Under the pieces are notes generated by a model. It was not told the origin of the DNA. It saw only the letters and a program-made list of their open reading frames with translations, and did no database searches. A DNA stretch of 64,000 nucleotides. Origin: Macrostomum hystrix (Eukaryota > Animalia > Platyhelminthes). Below are positions 50,367-63,134 of this stretch, piece after piece. Both the position numbers and the translations under genes were made by a program. Where the stretch lies: positions 23,684,001 to 23,748,000 of the forward strand of contig CATNEN010000001.1 in assembly GCA_950097015.1 (NCBI GenBank). Reading direction: 5' to 3'. How positions within the stretch are numbered: the first letter of the stretch is position 1; each line of letters begins with the position of its first letter.

Positions 50367-53300
50367 ATTAGCAATCCATTGATCTATAGGAGGTTAGATT
50401 AGCAATCCATTGATCTATAGGAGGTTAGATTAGCAATCCATTGATCTATAGGAGGTTAGATTAGCAATCCATTGATCTATAGGAGGTTAGATTAGCAATC
50501 CATTGATCTATAGGAGGTTAGATTAGCAATCCATTGATCTATAGGAGGTTAGATTAGCAATCCATTGATCTATAGGAGGTTAGATTAGCAATCCATTGAT
50601 CTATAGGAGGTTAGATTAGCAATCCATTGATCTATAGGAGGTTAGATTAGCAATCCATTGATCTATAGGAGGTTAGATTAGCAGTCCATTGATCTATAGG
50701 AGGTTAGATTAGCAATCCATTGATCTATAGGAGGTTAGACTAGCAATCCATTGATCTATAGGAGGTTAGATTAGCAATCCATTGATCTATAGGAGGTTAG
50801 ATTAGCAATCCATTGATCTATAGGAGGTTAGATTAGCAATCCATTGATCTATAGGAGGTTAGATTAGCAATCCATTGATCTATAGGAGGTTAGATTAGCA
50901 ATCCATTGATCTATAGGAGGTTAGATTAGCAATCCATTGATCTATAGGAGGTTAGATTAGCAATCCATTGATCTATAGGAGGTTAGATTAGCAATCCATT
51001 GATCTATAGGAGGTTAGATTAGCAATCCATTGATCTATAGGAGGTTAGATTAGCAATCCATTGATCTATAGGAGGTTAGATTAGCAATCCATTGATCTAT
51101 AGGAGGTTAGATTAGCAGTCCATTGATCTATAGGAGGTTAGATTAGCAATCCATTGATCTATAGGAGGTTAGATTAGCAATCCATTGATCTATAGGAGGT
51201 TAGATTAGCAATCCATTGATCTATAGGTGGTTAGATTAGCAATCCATTGATCTATAGGAGGTTAGATTAGCAATCCATTGATCTATAGGAGGTTAGATTA
51301 GCAATCCATTGATCTATAGGAGGTTAGATTAGCAATCCATTGATCTATAGGAGGTTAGATTAGCAATCCATTGATCTATAGGAGGTTAGATTAGCAATCC
51401 ATTGATCTATAGGAGGTTAGATTAGCAATCCATTGATCTATAGGAGGTTAGATTAGCAATCCATTGATCTATAGGAGGTTAGATTAGCAATCCATTGATC
51501 TATAGGAGGTTAGATTAGCAATCCATTGATCTATAGGAGGTTAGATTAGCAATCCATTGATCTATAGGAGGTTAGATTAGCAATCCATTGATCTATAAGA
51601 GGTTAGATTAGCAATCCATTGATCTATAGGAGGTTAGATTAGCAATCCATTGATCTATAGGAGGTTAGATTAGCAATCCATTGATCTATAGGAGGTTAGA
51701 TTAGCAATCCATTGATCTATAGGAGGTTAGATTAGCAATCCATTGATCTATAGGAGGTTAGATTAGCAATCCATTGATCTATAGGAGGTTAGATTAGCAA
51801 TCCATTGATCTATAGGTGGTTAGATTAGCAATCCATTGATCTATAGGAGGTTAGATTAGCAATCCATTGATCTATAGGAGGTTAGATTAGCAATCCATTG
51901 ATCTATAGGAGGTTAGATTAGCAATCCATTGATCTATAGGAGGTTAGATTAGCAATCCATTGATCTATAGGAGGTTAGATTAGCAATCCATTGATCTATA
52001 GGTGGTTAGATTAGCAATCCATTGATCTATAGGAGGTTAGATTAGCAATCCATTGATCTATAGGAGGTTAGATTAGCAATCCATTGATCTATAGGAGGTT
52101 AGATTAGCAATCCATTGATCTATAGGAGGTTAGATTAGCAATCCATTGATCTATAGGAGGTTAGATTAGCAATCCATTGATCTATAGGAGGTTAGATTAG
52201 CAATCCATTGATCTATAGGAGGTTAGATTAGCAATCCATTGATCTATAGGAGGTTAGATTAGCAATCCATTGATCTATAGGAGGTTAGATTAGCAATCCA
52301 TTGATCTATAGGAGGTTAGATTAGCAATCCATTGATCTATAGGAGGTTAGATTAGCAATCCATTGATCTATAGGAGGTTAGATTAGCAATCCATTGATCT
52401 ATAGGAGGTTAGATTAGCAATCCATTGATCTATAGGAGGTTAGATTAGCAATCCATTGATCTATAGGTGGTTAGATTAGCAATCCATTGATCTATAGGAG
52501 GTTAGATTAGCAATCCATTGATCTATAGGAGGTTAGATTAGCAATCCATTGATCTATAGGAGGTTAGATTAGCAATCCATTGATCTATAGGAGGTTAGAT
52601 TAGCAATCCTTGATCTATAGGAGGTTAGATTAGCAATCCATTGATCTATAGGAGGTTAGATTAGCAATCCATTGATCTATAGGAGGTTAGATTAGCAATC
52701 CATTGATCTATAGGAGGTTAGATTAGCAATCCATTGATCTATAGGAGGTTAGATTAGCAATCCATTGATCTATAGGAGGTTAGATTAGCAATCCATTGAT
52801 CTATAGGAGGTTAGATTAGCAATCCATTGATCTATAGGAGGTTAGATTAGCAATCCATTGATCTATAGGAGGTTAGATTAGCAATCCATTGATCTATAGG
52901 AGGTTAGATTAGCAATCCATTGATCTATAGGTGGTTAGATTAGCAATCCATTGATCTATAGGAGGTTAGATTAGCAATCCATTGATCTATAGGAGGTTAG
53001 ATTAGCAATCCAATTGATCTATAGGAGGTTAGATTAGCAATCCATTGATCTATAGGAGGTTAGATTAGCAATCCATTGATCTATAGGAGGTTAGATTAGC
53101 AATCCATTGATCTATAGGAGGTTAGATTAGCAATCCTTGATCTATAGGAGGTTAGATTAGCAATCCATTGATCTATAGGAGGTTAGATTAGCAATCCATT
53201 GATCTATAGGAGGTTAGATTAGCAGTCCATTGATCTATAGGAGGTTAGATTAGCAATCCATTGATCTATAGGAGGTTAGATTAGCAATCCATTGATCTAT

Positions 53301-53392
53301 AGGAGGTTAGATTAGCAATCCATTGATCTATAGGAGGTTAGATTAGCAATCCATTGATCTATAGGAGGTTAGACTAGCAATCCATTGATCTG
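50367..53392. repeat. 31-bp satellite (attagcaatccattgatctataggaggttag)n, ~3 kb
   Basis: Highly homogeneous array ending ~70 bp before the LRR gene acceptor. Confidence 0.98.
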
Positions 53393-53463
53393 GAAGGGTT
53401 GATTAACAATTCATTACTGTGACATTAATGGATTAACATTGCTGTCCAATCATTCACCCGCAG

Positions 53464-54243
53464 ATGTCGTGCAATCGGTCTCAACGTCATCGAGCCGGTC
53501 TCCTGCTCAGCCTGCTATTCCTACTGTCTATGGTGCAACCTGGCCAGCTGATCAGCGATTGCGGCTACTGCGTGTGTGATCGGCCTACAATATCATGCGA
53601 CTTTAACAAGGCCAAGTCGCGAATTGTTGACAACACCGACCTCACTGTCTATGTCCCGTCCAGCAGTCTTCTCCGACGCCAGGGACTAAACCCGGCCTCC
53701 TACAGCGAGCTGTACATCAACTGCAAGAACGCCCGGGTACTGAAATTGCAGCGCCTCACTGGCAGACTGCTGTCAGACTTTGTCAACCTCACCAGACTCT
53801 CCGTACTCAAATGCGACCTCGTTGCCATCGAAGTTGGCGCCTTGGACGCCCTGAGCCAATTGAAGGAGGTGGACCTCAGCGACAACCAGCTGCAAAAGCT
53901 ACCACCGGGCTTTCTGAACGGCAAGTCGCTCACAACGCTTCGACTGGGAGAAAATCACCAAATACAACTGGCAGCTGACACTTTTCGAGGCCTCAGACTT
54001 GACAGACTGCTGCTGTCGAAGTGTGGCCTGACCGAATTCCCACTGACCAGCCTGTCGGAGATATCCGGCCTGAAAGAGTTGACCCTGTCTCACAATAGCA
54101 TCCAATCGGTGCCACGCGCAGCTAAGGAATTTGTCTACGGGTTACAAGTTTTCTACCTGGACGACAATCCGCTGGCCTGCAACTGCCAGAATCGCTGGTT
54201 GCGAGAAATCGCCTGGGACAGGGTTTCCCCGCCGCTTGGCAAG
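53464..54243 (+). CDS. LRR type-I membrane protein, exon 1 (signal peptide, LRRNT, LRRs, start of LRRCT)
   Basis: Hydrophobic signal segment, CGYCVC cap, LxxLxLxxN repeats, NPLACNCQNRWL; cag|ATG acceptor and aag|gtgagc donor. Confidence 0.9.
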
Positions 54244-54532
54244 GTGAGCGAGACGATCTGAGAGCCAGTGTCTATTTTTAGCCCATGTGAATGGTTCATT
54301 TCTAGTTAGCGTACATGATTCTATTTTTAGATAGTGTACACCAGTCTATTTTTAGACAGTGTACATCAGTCTATTTTTAGACAGTGTACACCAGTCTATT
54401 TTTAGAAAGTGTCTTCTTATATTTGTAGACAGTGTACATGAAGCGGTTTTTTGGCATTGCTGGCTTGCTTGTATTGCGACACAGTACACAAATGAGTGCA
54501 TTTCTCACTAACTTATCCAAATGCGTCATCAG

Positions 54533-54778
54533 TCGTCACAGAAGGACCAGCTTCCTCGGTGTCGCACTCCGCAACGACTTTTGAACGCCGAAATCGGTGC
54601 TCTATCGGCGACCGAATTGTCCTGCGCGCCGCCACACCTGGTGTCCATCGATGTGCAGCTCGGAATTAACACCGGCCGGATGGCCTGCACAGCGGACACT
54701 GATCAGCCTGATAGGCTGGTCTGGACCTCCCGCCAAATTGCTGGATACTCCAGCTTCGAGGATGTACAAATCTATCAG
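54533..54778 (+). CDS. LRR membrane protein exon 2 (end of LRRCT, start of a possible degenerate Ig-like domain)
   Basis: catcag|tcg (alternative in-frame acceptor 9 nt downstream) ... cag|gtgagg; CRTPQRL...LSCAPP completes the LRRCT. Confidence 0.82.
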
Positions 54779-54799
54779 GTGAGGATAGTTGAACTTTCT

Positions 54800-55400
54800 G
54801 ATCCCACCCAATCCTTTGATGTGAGCCGCTACCCCACTCCACCCAATCCTTTGATGTGAGCCGCCACCCGTTCCACTAAATCCTTTGATGTGAGCCGCCA
54901 CCCCGCTCCACCAAATCCTTTGATGTGAGCCGCCATCTGCTTCACCCAATTCTTTGATGTGAGCCGCCACCCCGCTCCACCAAATCCTTTGATGTGAGCC
55001 GCCACCCCGCTCCACCAAATCCTTTGATGTGAGCCGCCATCTGCTTCACCCAATTCTTTGATGTGAGCCGCCACCCCGTTCCACCAAATCCTTTGATGTG
55101 AGCCGCCACCCCGCTCCACCAAATCCTTTGATGTGAGCCGCCACCCCGCTCCACCAAATCCTTTGATGTGAGCCGCCACCCCGCTCCACCAAATCCTTTG
55201 ATGTGAGCCGCCATCTGCTTCACCCAATTCTTTGATGTGAGCCGCCACCCCGTTCCACTAAATCCTTTGATGTGAGCCGCCACCCCGCTCCACCAAATCC
55301 TTTGATGTGAGCCGCCACCCCGCTCCACCAAATCCTTTGATGTGAGCCGCCATCTGCTTCACCCAATTCTTTGATGTGAGCCGCCACCCCGCTACACCAA
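54800..55400. repeat. 35-bp intronic minisatellite (caaatcctttgatgtgagccgccaccccgctccac)n
   Basis: Direct tandem units; second array at 56450-56760. Confidence 0.95.
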
Positions 55401-55441
55401 ATCCGTCAATCCAATCCGCCTCACTTGGTCTGCCACCTCAG

Positions 55442-56095
55442 AGCACCGGCTCGGAGTTCGTTCGTGAGTTCACGCGAAGACCAGAGCAGCAGCGTCAGCA
55501 GCAGCACAAATACCTGCTGACCGCCAGCACAGAGGATGGACGCCAATCAAACATCACCCTGACCCTGCAATGGCCTACTCTGCCGCAGCAGCAGCCGACG
55601 GCAATCCTCGTTGGCAAAGCCCCAAATCCGCTGCCGCCTCTGCCGCCCGTGCCCGGAGACGCGATCAACAATGGGGCTGAGAGCGAAGCTGCTGGCCCGG
55701 ACTATTTCTCTAGGAAACAGTTCACGCTAGTGGAGATGACCGTGGCTGTGATTGGCACCTTCCTGGCCACTGCGGTGATTTTCCTTCTGGTCTGCCAGTT
55801 CACCCGATGGTACGCGCGGCGCGACAAGAAACGCTGGGCCACCTACGCTGCCCACCCCTACAGCGGCTACAACTACACCAGCGGCACCGCGCAGCAGCAG
55901 CAGCAGCAGCAGCAGCAGTACCTCACCCACAGACCTCCGTCTCACGAATACGACGTACCCCGCATGGAGAGCCTTCAGATGCAGCATCAGCAGCAGCAGC
56001 AGCAGCAGCTGAGTCCCAAGATTACTCAGCACAATTGTGCCGCCGAGTTTGAGTTCGTCGACTACAATGGCCGCATGCTGTACAACAGAGTTTGA
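55442..56095 (+). CDS. LRR membrane protein exon 3 (stalk, TM helix, polyQ/Tyr-rich tail)
   Basis: cctcag|agc; TM segment VAVIGTFLATAVIFLLVC followed by basic stop-transfer residues; total ~559 aa. Confidence 0.85.
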   Translation, partial: STGSEFVREFTRRPEQQRQQQHKYLLTASTEDGRQSNITLTLQWPTLPQQQPTAILVGKAPNPLPPLPPVPGDAINNGAESEAAGPDYFSRKQFTLVEMTVAVIGTFLATAVIFLLVCQFTRWYARRDKKRWATYAAHPYSGYNYTSGTAQQQQQQQQQYLTHRPPSHEYDVPRMESLQMQHQQQQQQQLSPKITQHNCAAEFEFVDYNGRMLYNRV

Positions 56096-56419
56096 TTGGC
56101 TAAACCTCGACTAACTGACAAACAAGATCATGGGATAATTCAGTAATTTAATTATTATCCCTGCCCAGCCCAGGAATGCATTTCTGTTTTCTTTTAACTG
56201 ATCCGAGATTTACTCGCTATCGTCGGACTCACAATGACTGCCCTATTCTTGCTTTACTCTTGTTTCATGAATTAACAGTATAGAGACCGCGAGGGTATTG
56301 TAAATGCCCTAAATTTGATTTTCCTGTAATCTAATCTCCCATGAAAATCCTGAACACCAGCTAAAGTTTTCCGCTCTATCCGATTAAGCAACTTCCAGAA
56401 TTTCAAAACATTTCCTTTC

Positions 56420-56760
56420 CTATCAGGTGAGGATAGTTGAACTTTCTGAACCCACCCAATCCCTTGATGTGAGCCGCCACCCGTTCTACCCAATCCTTTG
56501 ATGTGAGCCGCCACCCCGCTCCACCCAATCCTTTGATGTTAGCCGCCACCCCGCTACACCCAATCCTTTGATGTGAGCCGCCACCCCGCTCCACCCAATC
56601 CTTTGATGTGAGCCGCCACCCCGCTACACCCAATCCTTTGATGTGAGCCGCCAACCCGCTCCACCCAATCCTTTGATGTGAGCCGCCACCCCGCTACACC
56701 CAATCCTTTGATGTGAGCCGCCACCCGTTCTACCCAATCCTTTGATGTGAGCCGCCACCC
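56420..56760 (+). repeat. duplicated copy of the exon-2 donor junction plus the 35-bp minisatellite
   Basis: ctatcaggtgaggatagttgaactttctga is identical to 54772-54801. Confidence 0.9.
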
Positions 56761-57897
56761 GGCATCGCCGAGATATTTAACGATTCTTGTCGGAGTGTCC
56801 TGTAGCGAAACCACAAAATATAGGCCAATTTTTTCTGCTGACAAAATGTAATCATGCAACCACGTCGGCTATTGCTAATATAATTATCATTTTGAATCAG
56901 ATGCTGGACTTTCACGAAATCACGTCATTTGGCTTGGAAGTTATCGTGAAGTAAGCTGTGGGGATTTGAAATATCCTCGTGGTCTTTCCCCAGGGGAAAA
57001 TAGCTGGTGTGGTCTTTCTACTGCTAAGAGAAAAATATGGCTTCTTTGTTATTTTCTGCTAAAATTGATATTCTCAACATATTTTTTTGTGGGGCTTAAA
57101 AGTAAATTAAAGTCGTTATTCGTTACTTTTTGCGCGTTTCTTCATCAATAGAACTAGCGGATGTTTTGAAAAGCAAAGCAATTGTGTAATAGTTATTTTA
57201 GTTTACAGACTAATAGCGAAATTAAAATGATTCTAATACTCTAGTGATTGTCTTTTGTACATAGTTTTTATTTCTAAGAAAACATTTATTTTTTCCTATG
57301 CTATTGGAAATTATCAGTTTTTTATCTGATTAATTCTCACTGTAGCTTTAGATTTTTTCCAGTCACGGCATAGCGAATCGCAGTACACACTGCTTACTAT
57401 GTGTACGTGTACATGAGAATGTACATTAGCGACATTTGTGTGTACATGAGAATGTACATTTGCGACATTTGTGTGTACATGAGAATTTTTTCGCTGCCAT
57501 TTTTATTCATCGATTTTTCCTTAAATTTTGCATGCACAGATCTAATCGCTTGCCGTAGTACATATAAACTCTTTTGCTTAGCTAATAAAATTGTAAAATA
57601 TTGCCTATTGCTGTCATTTCTACATTTTAGCCTGTTGACTACTTGTTAGAATCACGGTACACACACATCCAGCACAATTCAAAACTAATATAAATTTCAA
57701 ATATGTGCATATATTATCGGTCAAAAATTACCGCTTAGAGTTGACTTGCAGAATTGCCTCTATCAGTCTTCTGGGCAGTAACCTGCCAAAACACAATGAG
57801 AATAAAGTTTTCTATTGGGTTGTTGCTTCTGCTTTTTTTAATCACGGGCACTAGCCGATGTACTTTTATATCGAATTCAAAACTGAATTCTTAGTAA

Positions 57898-58380
57898 ATT
57901 TACATTCTAGCCCACAGCACACAGTCTTGGTCTGTGTACATTGTAGCCCACAGCGCACAGTCTTGGTCTGTGTACATTCTAGCCCACAGCGCACAGTCTT
58001 GGTCTGTGTACATTCTAGCCCACAGCGCACAGTCTTTATCAGTGTACATTGTAGCCCACAGCGCGCAGTCTTTATCAGTGTACATTGTAGCCCACAGCGC
58101 ACAGTCTTTATCAGTGTACATTCTAGCCCACAGCGCACAGTCTTTATCAGTGTACATTGTAGCCCACAGCGCGCAGTCTTTATCAGTGTACATTGTAGCC
58201 CACAGCGCACAGTCTTTATCAGTGTACATTCTAGCCCACAGCGCACAGTCTTTATCAGTGTACATTGTAGCCCACAGCGCACAGTCTTTATCAGTGTACA
58301 TTCTAGCCCACAGCGCACAGTCTTTATCAGTGTACATTGTAGCCCACAGCGCGCAGTCTTTATCAGTGTACATTGTAGCT
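57898..58380. repeat. 36-bp minisatellite (agtgtacattgtagcccacagcgcacagtctttatc)n
   Basis: Direct tandem units. Confidence 0.95.
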
Positions 58381-59294
58381 TGAGGATCTGTGCCCTAAAT
58401 GTCTCATCACTAAGCAGAACACAAACTTTCCCAGTAGAACTGGCAGTCACAATCACAAATAATGCCGATGATTGCGAATTAAAAGCATCTTTAAAAGGCC
58501 GCGCTCTATGATTGACAGACAGATGTCAAAGGCAAAGCAACAATTTCACCTGCATTGATAGTTAGCACAAACAAATGCACGACTGTCTCTATCAGACTAG
58601 TTGGTTTATTTTCAACTAATGAATGATTGACTTGCTCTTATATTGGAATCAATCGAATATAATTAAGCGAATTCTTCAATAGGTCAGAATGAATGGCCAG
58701 TGTGTTTACACTAGCTAGTCGACAGTCGCGGGTCGAATGGCTTCAAGGAATAACCTAGGAGCCGGTCGGAATATAGCGAGTCTAATTAGTGCATTTCTGT
58801 CGGCAACTTCCTGTTGGTGACAAGCAGCAGGCCTGGCCGCGGCGCGTGAGAGAATGAACAAGAATGAAGTTTCCAAACTGAAAGAAGACGCAAGATCGGT
58901 CCCAACTGTTGGGTCCGCAGACGAAAAAACTGAGATTTTGTACCCCCGATAGAAAAACTCCACTGTCACTATGGAGGTCCTTAGCGAATTGAAATTTCAA
59001 TCCAGTCGAATGCAAAGTTAATTTCACACGCTTAGAATAAATAGCACACTGAGATTTAGTTTCGGCTTCAATTTACAAACTCTCTTAGTAACAAACTTGG
59101 TGCCAACCTTGCCTGCTATATGCAACTAGGTTGTACATAATACTGCATTCGGCGCCTTTTAAATTATTGTTTTTTAAAAGATATATTTTTACTATTTCCT
59201 TCCCCATTCCATTTTTCTCATTTTCCCTCTAATTCTCACCCGCTCGATTAATTTTCCATCTGTCGTTCTACCCCTTTCTCACCTATTTTCTCCA

Positions 59295-60655
59295 TTTTTC
59301 TCACCTCTCTTCTCCACGATTTCTCACCTCTCTTCTCCACAATTTCTCACCTCTCTTCTCCACAATTTCTCACCTCTCTTCTCCACAATTTCTCACCTCT
59401 CTTCTCCATGATTTCTCACCTCTCTACTCCACAATTTCTCACCTCTCTACTCCACGATTTCTCACCTGCCTACTCTACAGTTTCTCAGTTCTCTTTTCCA
59501 CAATTTCTTACCCCTCTAATCCACAATTTCTCACCTCTCTTCTCCACAATTTCTCACGTCTCTTCTCCACGATTTCTCACCTCCCTACTCCAAAATTTCT
59601 CACTTCTCTTCTCCAAAATTTCTCACATCTCTTCTCCACAATTTCTCACCTCTCTACTCCACGATTTCTCACCTGCCTACTCTACAGTTTCTCAGTTCTC
59701 TTTTCCACAATTTCTTACCCCTCTAATCCACAATTTCTCACCTCTCTTCTCCACAATTTCTCACGTCTCTTCTCCACGATTTCTCACCTCCCTACTCCAA
59801 AATTTCTCACTTCTCTTCTCCAAAATTTCTCACATCTCTTCTCCACAATTTCTCACCTCTCTACTCCACGATTTCTCACCTCCCTACTCCAGTTGCTCAC
59901 CTCTCTTCTCCACAATTTCTCACCTCTCTACTCCACGATTTCTCACCTCTCTACTCCACAATTTCTCACCTCTCTTCTCCACAATTTCTCACCTCTCTTC
60001 TCCACAATTTCTCACCTCTCTTCTCCACAATTTCTCACCTCTCTTCTCCATGATTTCTCACCTCTCTACTCCACAATTTCTCACCTCTCTACTCCACGAT
60101 TTCTCACCTGCCTACTCTACAGTTTCTCACCTCTCTTCTCCACAATTTCTCACGTCTCTTCTCCACGATTTCTCACCTCCCTACTCCACAATTTCTCACT
60201 TCTCTTCTCCAAAATTTCTCACATCTCTTCTCCACAATTTCTCACCTCTCTACTCCACGATTTCTCACCTCCCTACTCCAGTTTCTCACCTCTCTTCTCC
60301 ACAATTTCTCACCTCTCTACTCCACGATTTCTCACCTCTCTACTCCACAATTTCTCACCTCTCTTCTCCACAATTTCTCACCTCCCTACTCCACAGTTTC
60401 TCACCTCTCTTCTCCACAATTTCTCACCTCCCTACTCCACAGTTTCTCACCTCTCTTCTCCACAATTTCTCACCTCCCTACTCCACAATTTCTCACCTCT
60501 CTTCTCCACAATTTCTCACCTCTCTTCTCCACGATTTCTCACCTCTCTTCTCCACAATTTCTCACCTCTCTACTCCACGGTTTCTCACCTCCCTACTCCA
60601 CAGTTTCTCACCTCTCTTCTCCACAATTTCTCACCCCTCTAATCCACAATTTCTC
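59295..60655. repeat. 23-bp minisatellite (ccacaatttctcacctctcttct)n
   Basis: Direct tandem units. Confidence 0.95.
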
Positions 60656-61435
60656 AGCTCTTTTCTCCTCCCTTTTCCCCATTTTCTGCCTCTTGTCTTT
60701 TTTTCCTTCTGGGTTCACTTTCCCTTCTTGGTGGATTTGCTTCACACCTTCCCTCTTACCCCCTTTTATTCCTGACTCTCAATGACGATTCTCCGCTTTC
60801 GATGACGCAATGTCGATTCAGATAATTTGTCCCTGGAGTTCCACCGCATTTTGCATTGCAGAATGGGAATCTTTGTAAATCCACTTCACAGCTCACACTT
60901 AATCTCTCACTCGATTGCTCAAAATCAGCTCAAAATATTCTATCTTCTGTGCTCATTTTTTAGTTAGAATCCCAGAAACGGAATTATGGGATCGATCACT
61001 ACACCCCTAATCCCCATAACGCATTGGTAGGTCGGACAGGGCCATGCAGCTTGTCCATTTCAGCAGCGAATTGTGCTCTCGGACGCTGCCGCAATTCACA
61101 AATCGTTTAAGTGGCAGGCCCAGTTGACACTTGCCAGCCACGACCCGACAGTGGATTGCATAACAGCCTAACTGCCCATATTTTTAGCCGAGACAGAGAC
61201 AGCAAAACTCAAAGCTCTTCTACTCAAGCGGTGAAGTGTTTGGCTGAGACAACTGCAGCTGCTGTGCGAGAGACCAAGAAGCTTTCTCTCCGCGGCTGCG
61301 CCCCAAATGAATGTGTCCTCGCCGCGGAATCGAGCTCAGGGACCTTGGTGCGAGAGGCAAACGCGTCAGACCACTCTGCCAGAACTGGAAACCAACAAGC
61401 AAAAGTAAAAAAACTGGCCATTATGGAGGCCGATA

Positions 61436-61473
<38 letters not shown>

Positions 61474-62184
61474 ATCTCATTTATCTGGCAGCGGCATCAG
61501 CACCGAACTCAAGCCGGAGTGCATGCTCAAAAAAGCTGGTCCACAGCGCCTCCCTTGAGAATTTCTCCTACCCCCAGCTAGCAACCATCAATTGCCCAGG
61601 CGCCGATGCTGAGTAGCGATGATGAGTAGGGCACACAGGCTGGCACTAGCAGCAGCAGCAGCAAACACTTGGTGAGTGTAGAAAGCTGTTTTGCATTTCC
61701 AATTCTTCATATAGGCGCTCACAATATATGGTCTGATGGCCCGGACCGCCTCCTAGTCCCTAGATTAGTTTGAGTTTGAGTCGCCAGCATAGTGAGAGCG
61801 AGTATAAGCGATTGACTTCGAGGCTTTGAGAATATTTGCCTCCGAGACTGCATGTGAGAACTGGCGGGGAAGTAGGATACGAGTCAGCCTCCCATTGATC
61901 AGTTTGAGCAGGGTGAGCAGTGTGAGCAGGGTGGGCAAACACCAAGCCGGTTCTGGGGAGCAGCCAGTTGAGCATTTTGGCTCCTAGGAGCGGCAACACA
62001 AGCAGGAAGGCAGCTGAGCAATATCGGAATTAATCAAATCGAGCCGCTGCTGAGTCTGGGATATCGAGAAGGCTGCGTGATTGAAAGTTTCTTCGTGGAC
62101 ACCGAGTCACACAGGGTGGGATTTGAGATTCTCTTTTGATTCTCTGTTGTCTGTTCCGCCACAAGTGAAAAATTGCAGTTCATT

Positions 62185-62640
62185 GGCTTAGAACTTGGGA
62201 CGTCTGATTCAGAGGTCAGGAGTTCGATTCTCAGCCGGAAGGAGACCCTTTAGTTTGTTATCGTTTCAGTTATCGGACCAACTCCAGTCCATGGACTGAA
62301 CAGCTGTACATACACACTCAAAAATTAATCATAACAATAATTGCAGGAGGGCTGCAGTCAATGTCACATCATTTGGTGACACTAGACCCGCAGCCAGCGA
62401 GGAGGCAGCTCAGGAGTCAGCCCATTTCGCTGACTCCTGAGCACACGGATACACACTTTCTCATTGTCAGGCTTTCACTGGGCCTTGGAGGTTGGACCTC
62501 AAGGGCGTAAATTGCACGACAAGCCCCCAAAGCCTTCTCTCCGCGGCTCCGCCCCAAATAAATGTGGCCTCGCCGCGGAATCGAGCTCAGGGACCGTGGT
62601 GCGAGAGGCAAACGCGTTAACCGCTCGGCCACTCACCCTC
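62185..62640 (+). mobile_element. most complete copy of a SINE-like dispersed repeat (B-box head plus structured body)
   Basis: gagttcgattc B-box; body segments recur at 7271, 12499 (reverse complement), 22115, 35485 and 61285. Confidence 0.6.
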
Positions 62641-63134
62641 CAGAGCCGTTCATATAGCATTACCTGTTTTTTATACCCAAACCATTCCGTTCCTAACTGA
62701 CTTACATATCATTGCGTGCGGTGCCTAGCAACATTTTTTTCGCTTGCGTACACCACTCTCGAAATGGTTCCGCTTTCAGGGTGAAAGCATACGGGACAAT
62801 ATTCACTAAAAGCAGACAGGCCGCAAGATACCTTCTGTTGCACAGTTCTGAGTGACTAATAAGTGTCACCTGGCATAAGAGCCATATGCCGATGCAATTT
62901 TTTTTAAGATCCTAAAAACTTTAGCTGCGCGGTAAATAAAGGCTTTTATGATGAGCCTATAGGCTTCAGCAGCAGCAGATGTGTGACCGACTTCACCAAC
63001 CAAAGTGAATGACGTACGACTGCACAGTACTGGACTAATGTGGGGTTCCATGTTTAGGGCTAAAAGTTACAAACAACGCGGGCGTAATGCAACGTATTAC
63101 AAACATATTACTGCCTGAAGATGTGAAAGTCCAA

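Noticed and set aside
61111-61616. ORFs with poly-Leu or poly-Ala
   Set aside because: Composed of a dispersed-repeat fragment plus a (CTG)n microsatellite; no recognisable domain
62340-62440. HDV-like ribozyme on the minus strand (gcctcctcgctggc matches HDV P3/L3)
   Set aside because: No GG for P1.1 after a plausible P1', and the paralogous copy at 22115 does not keep the motif; a simple hairpin explains it
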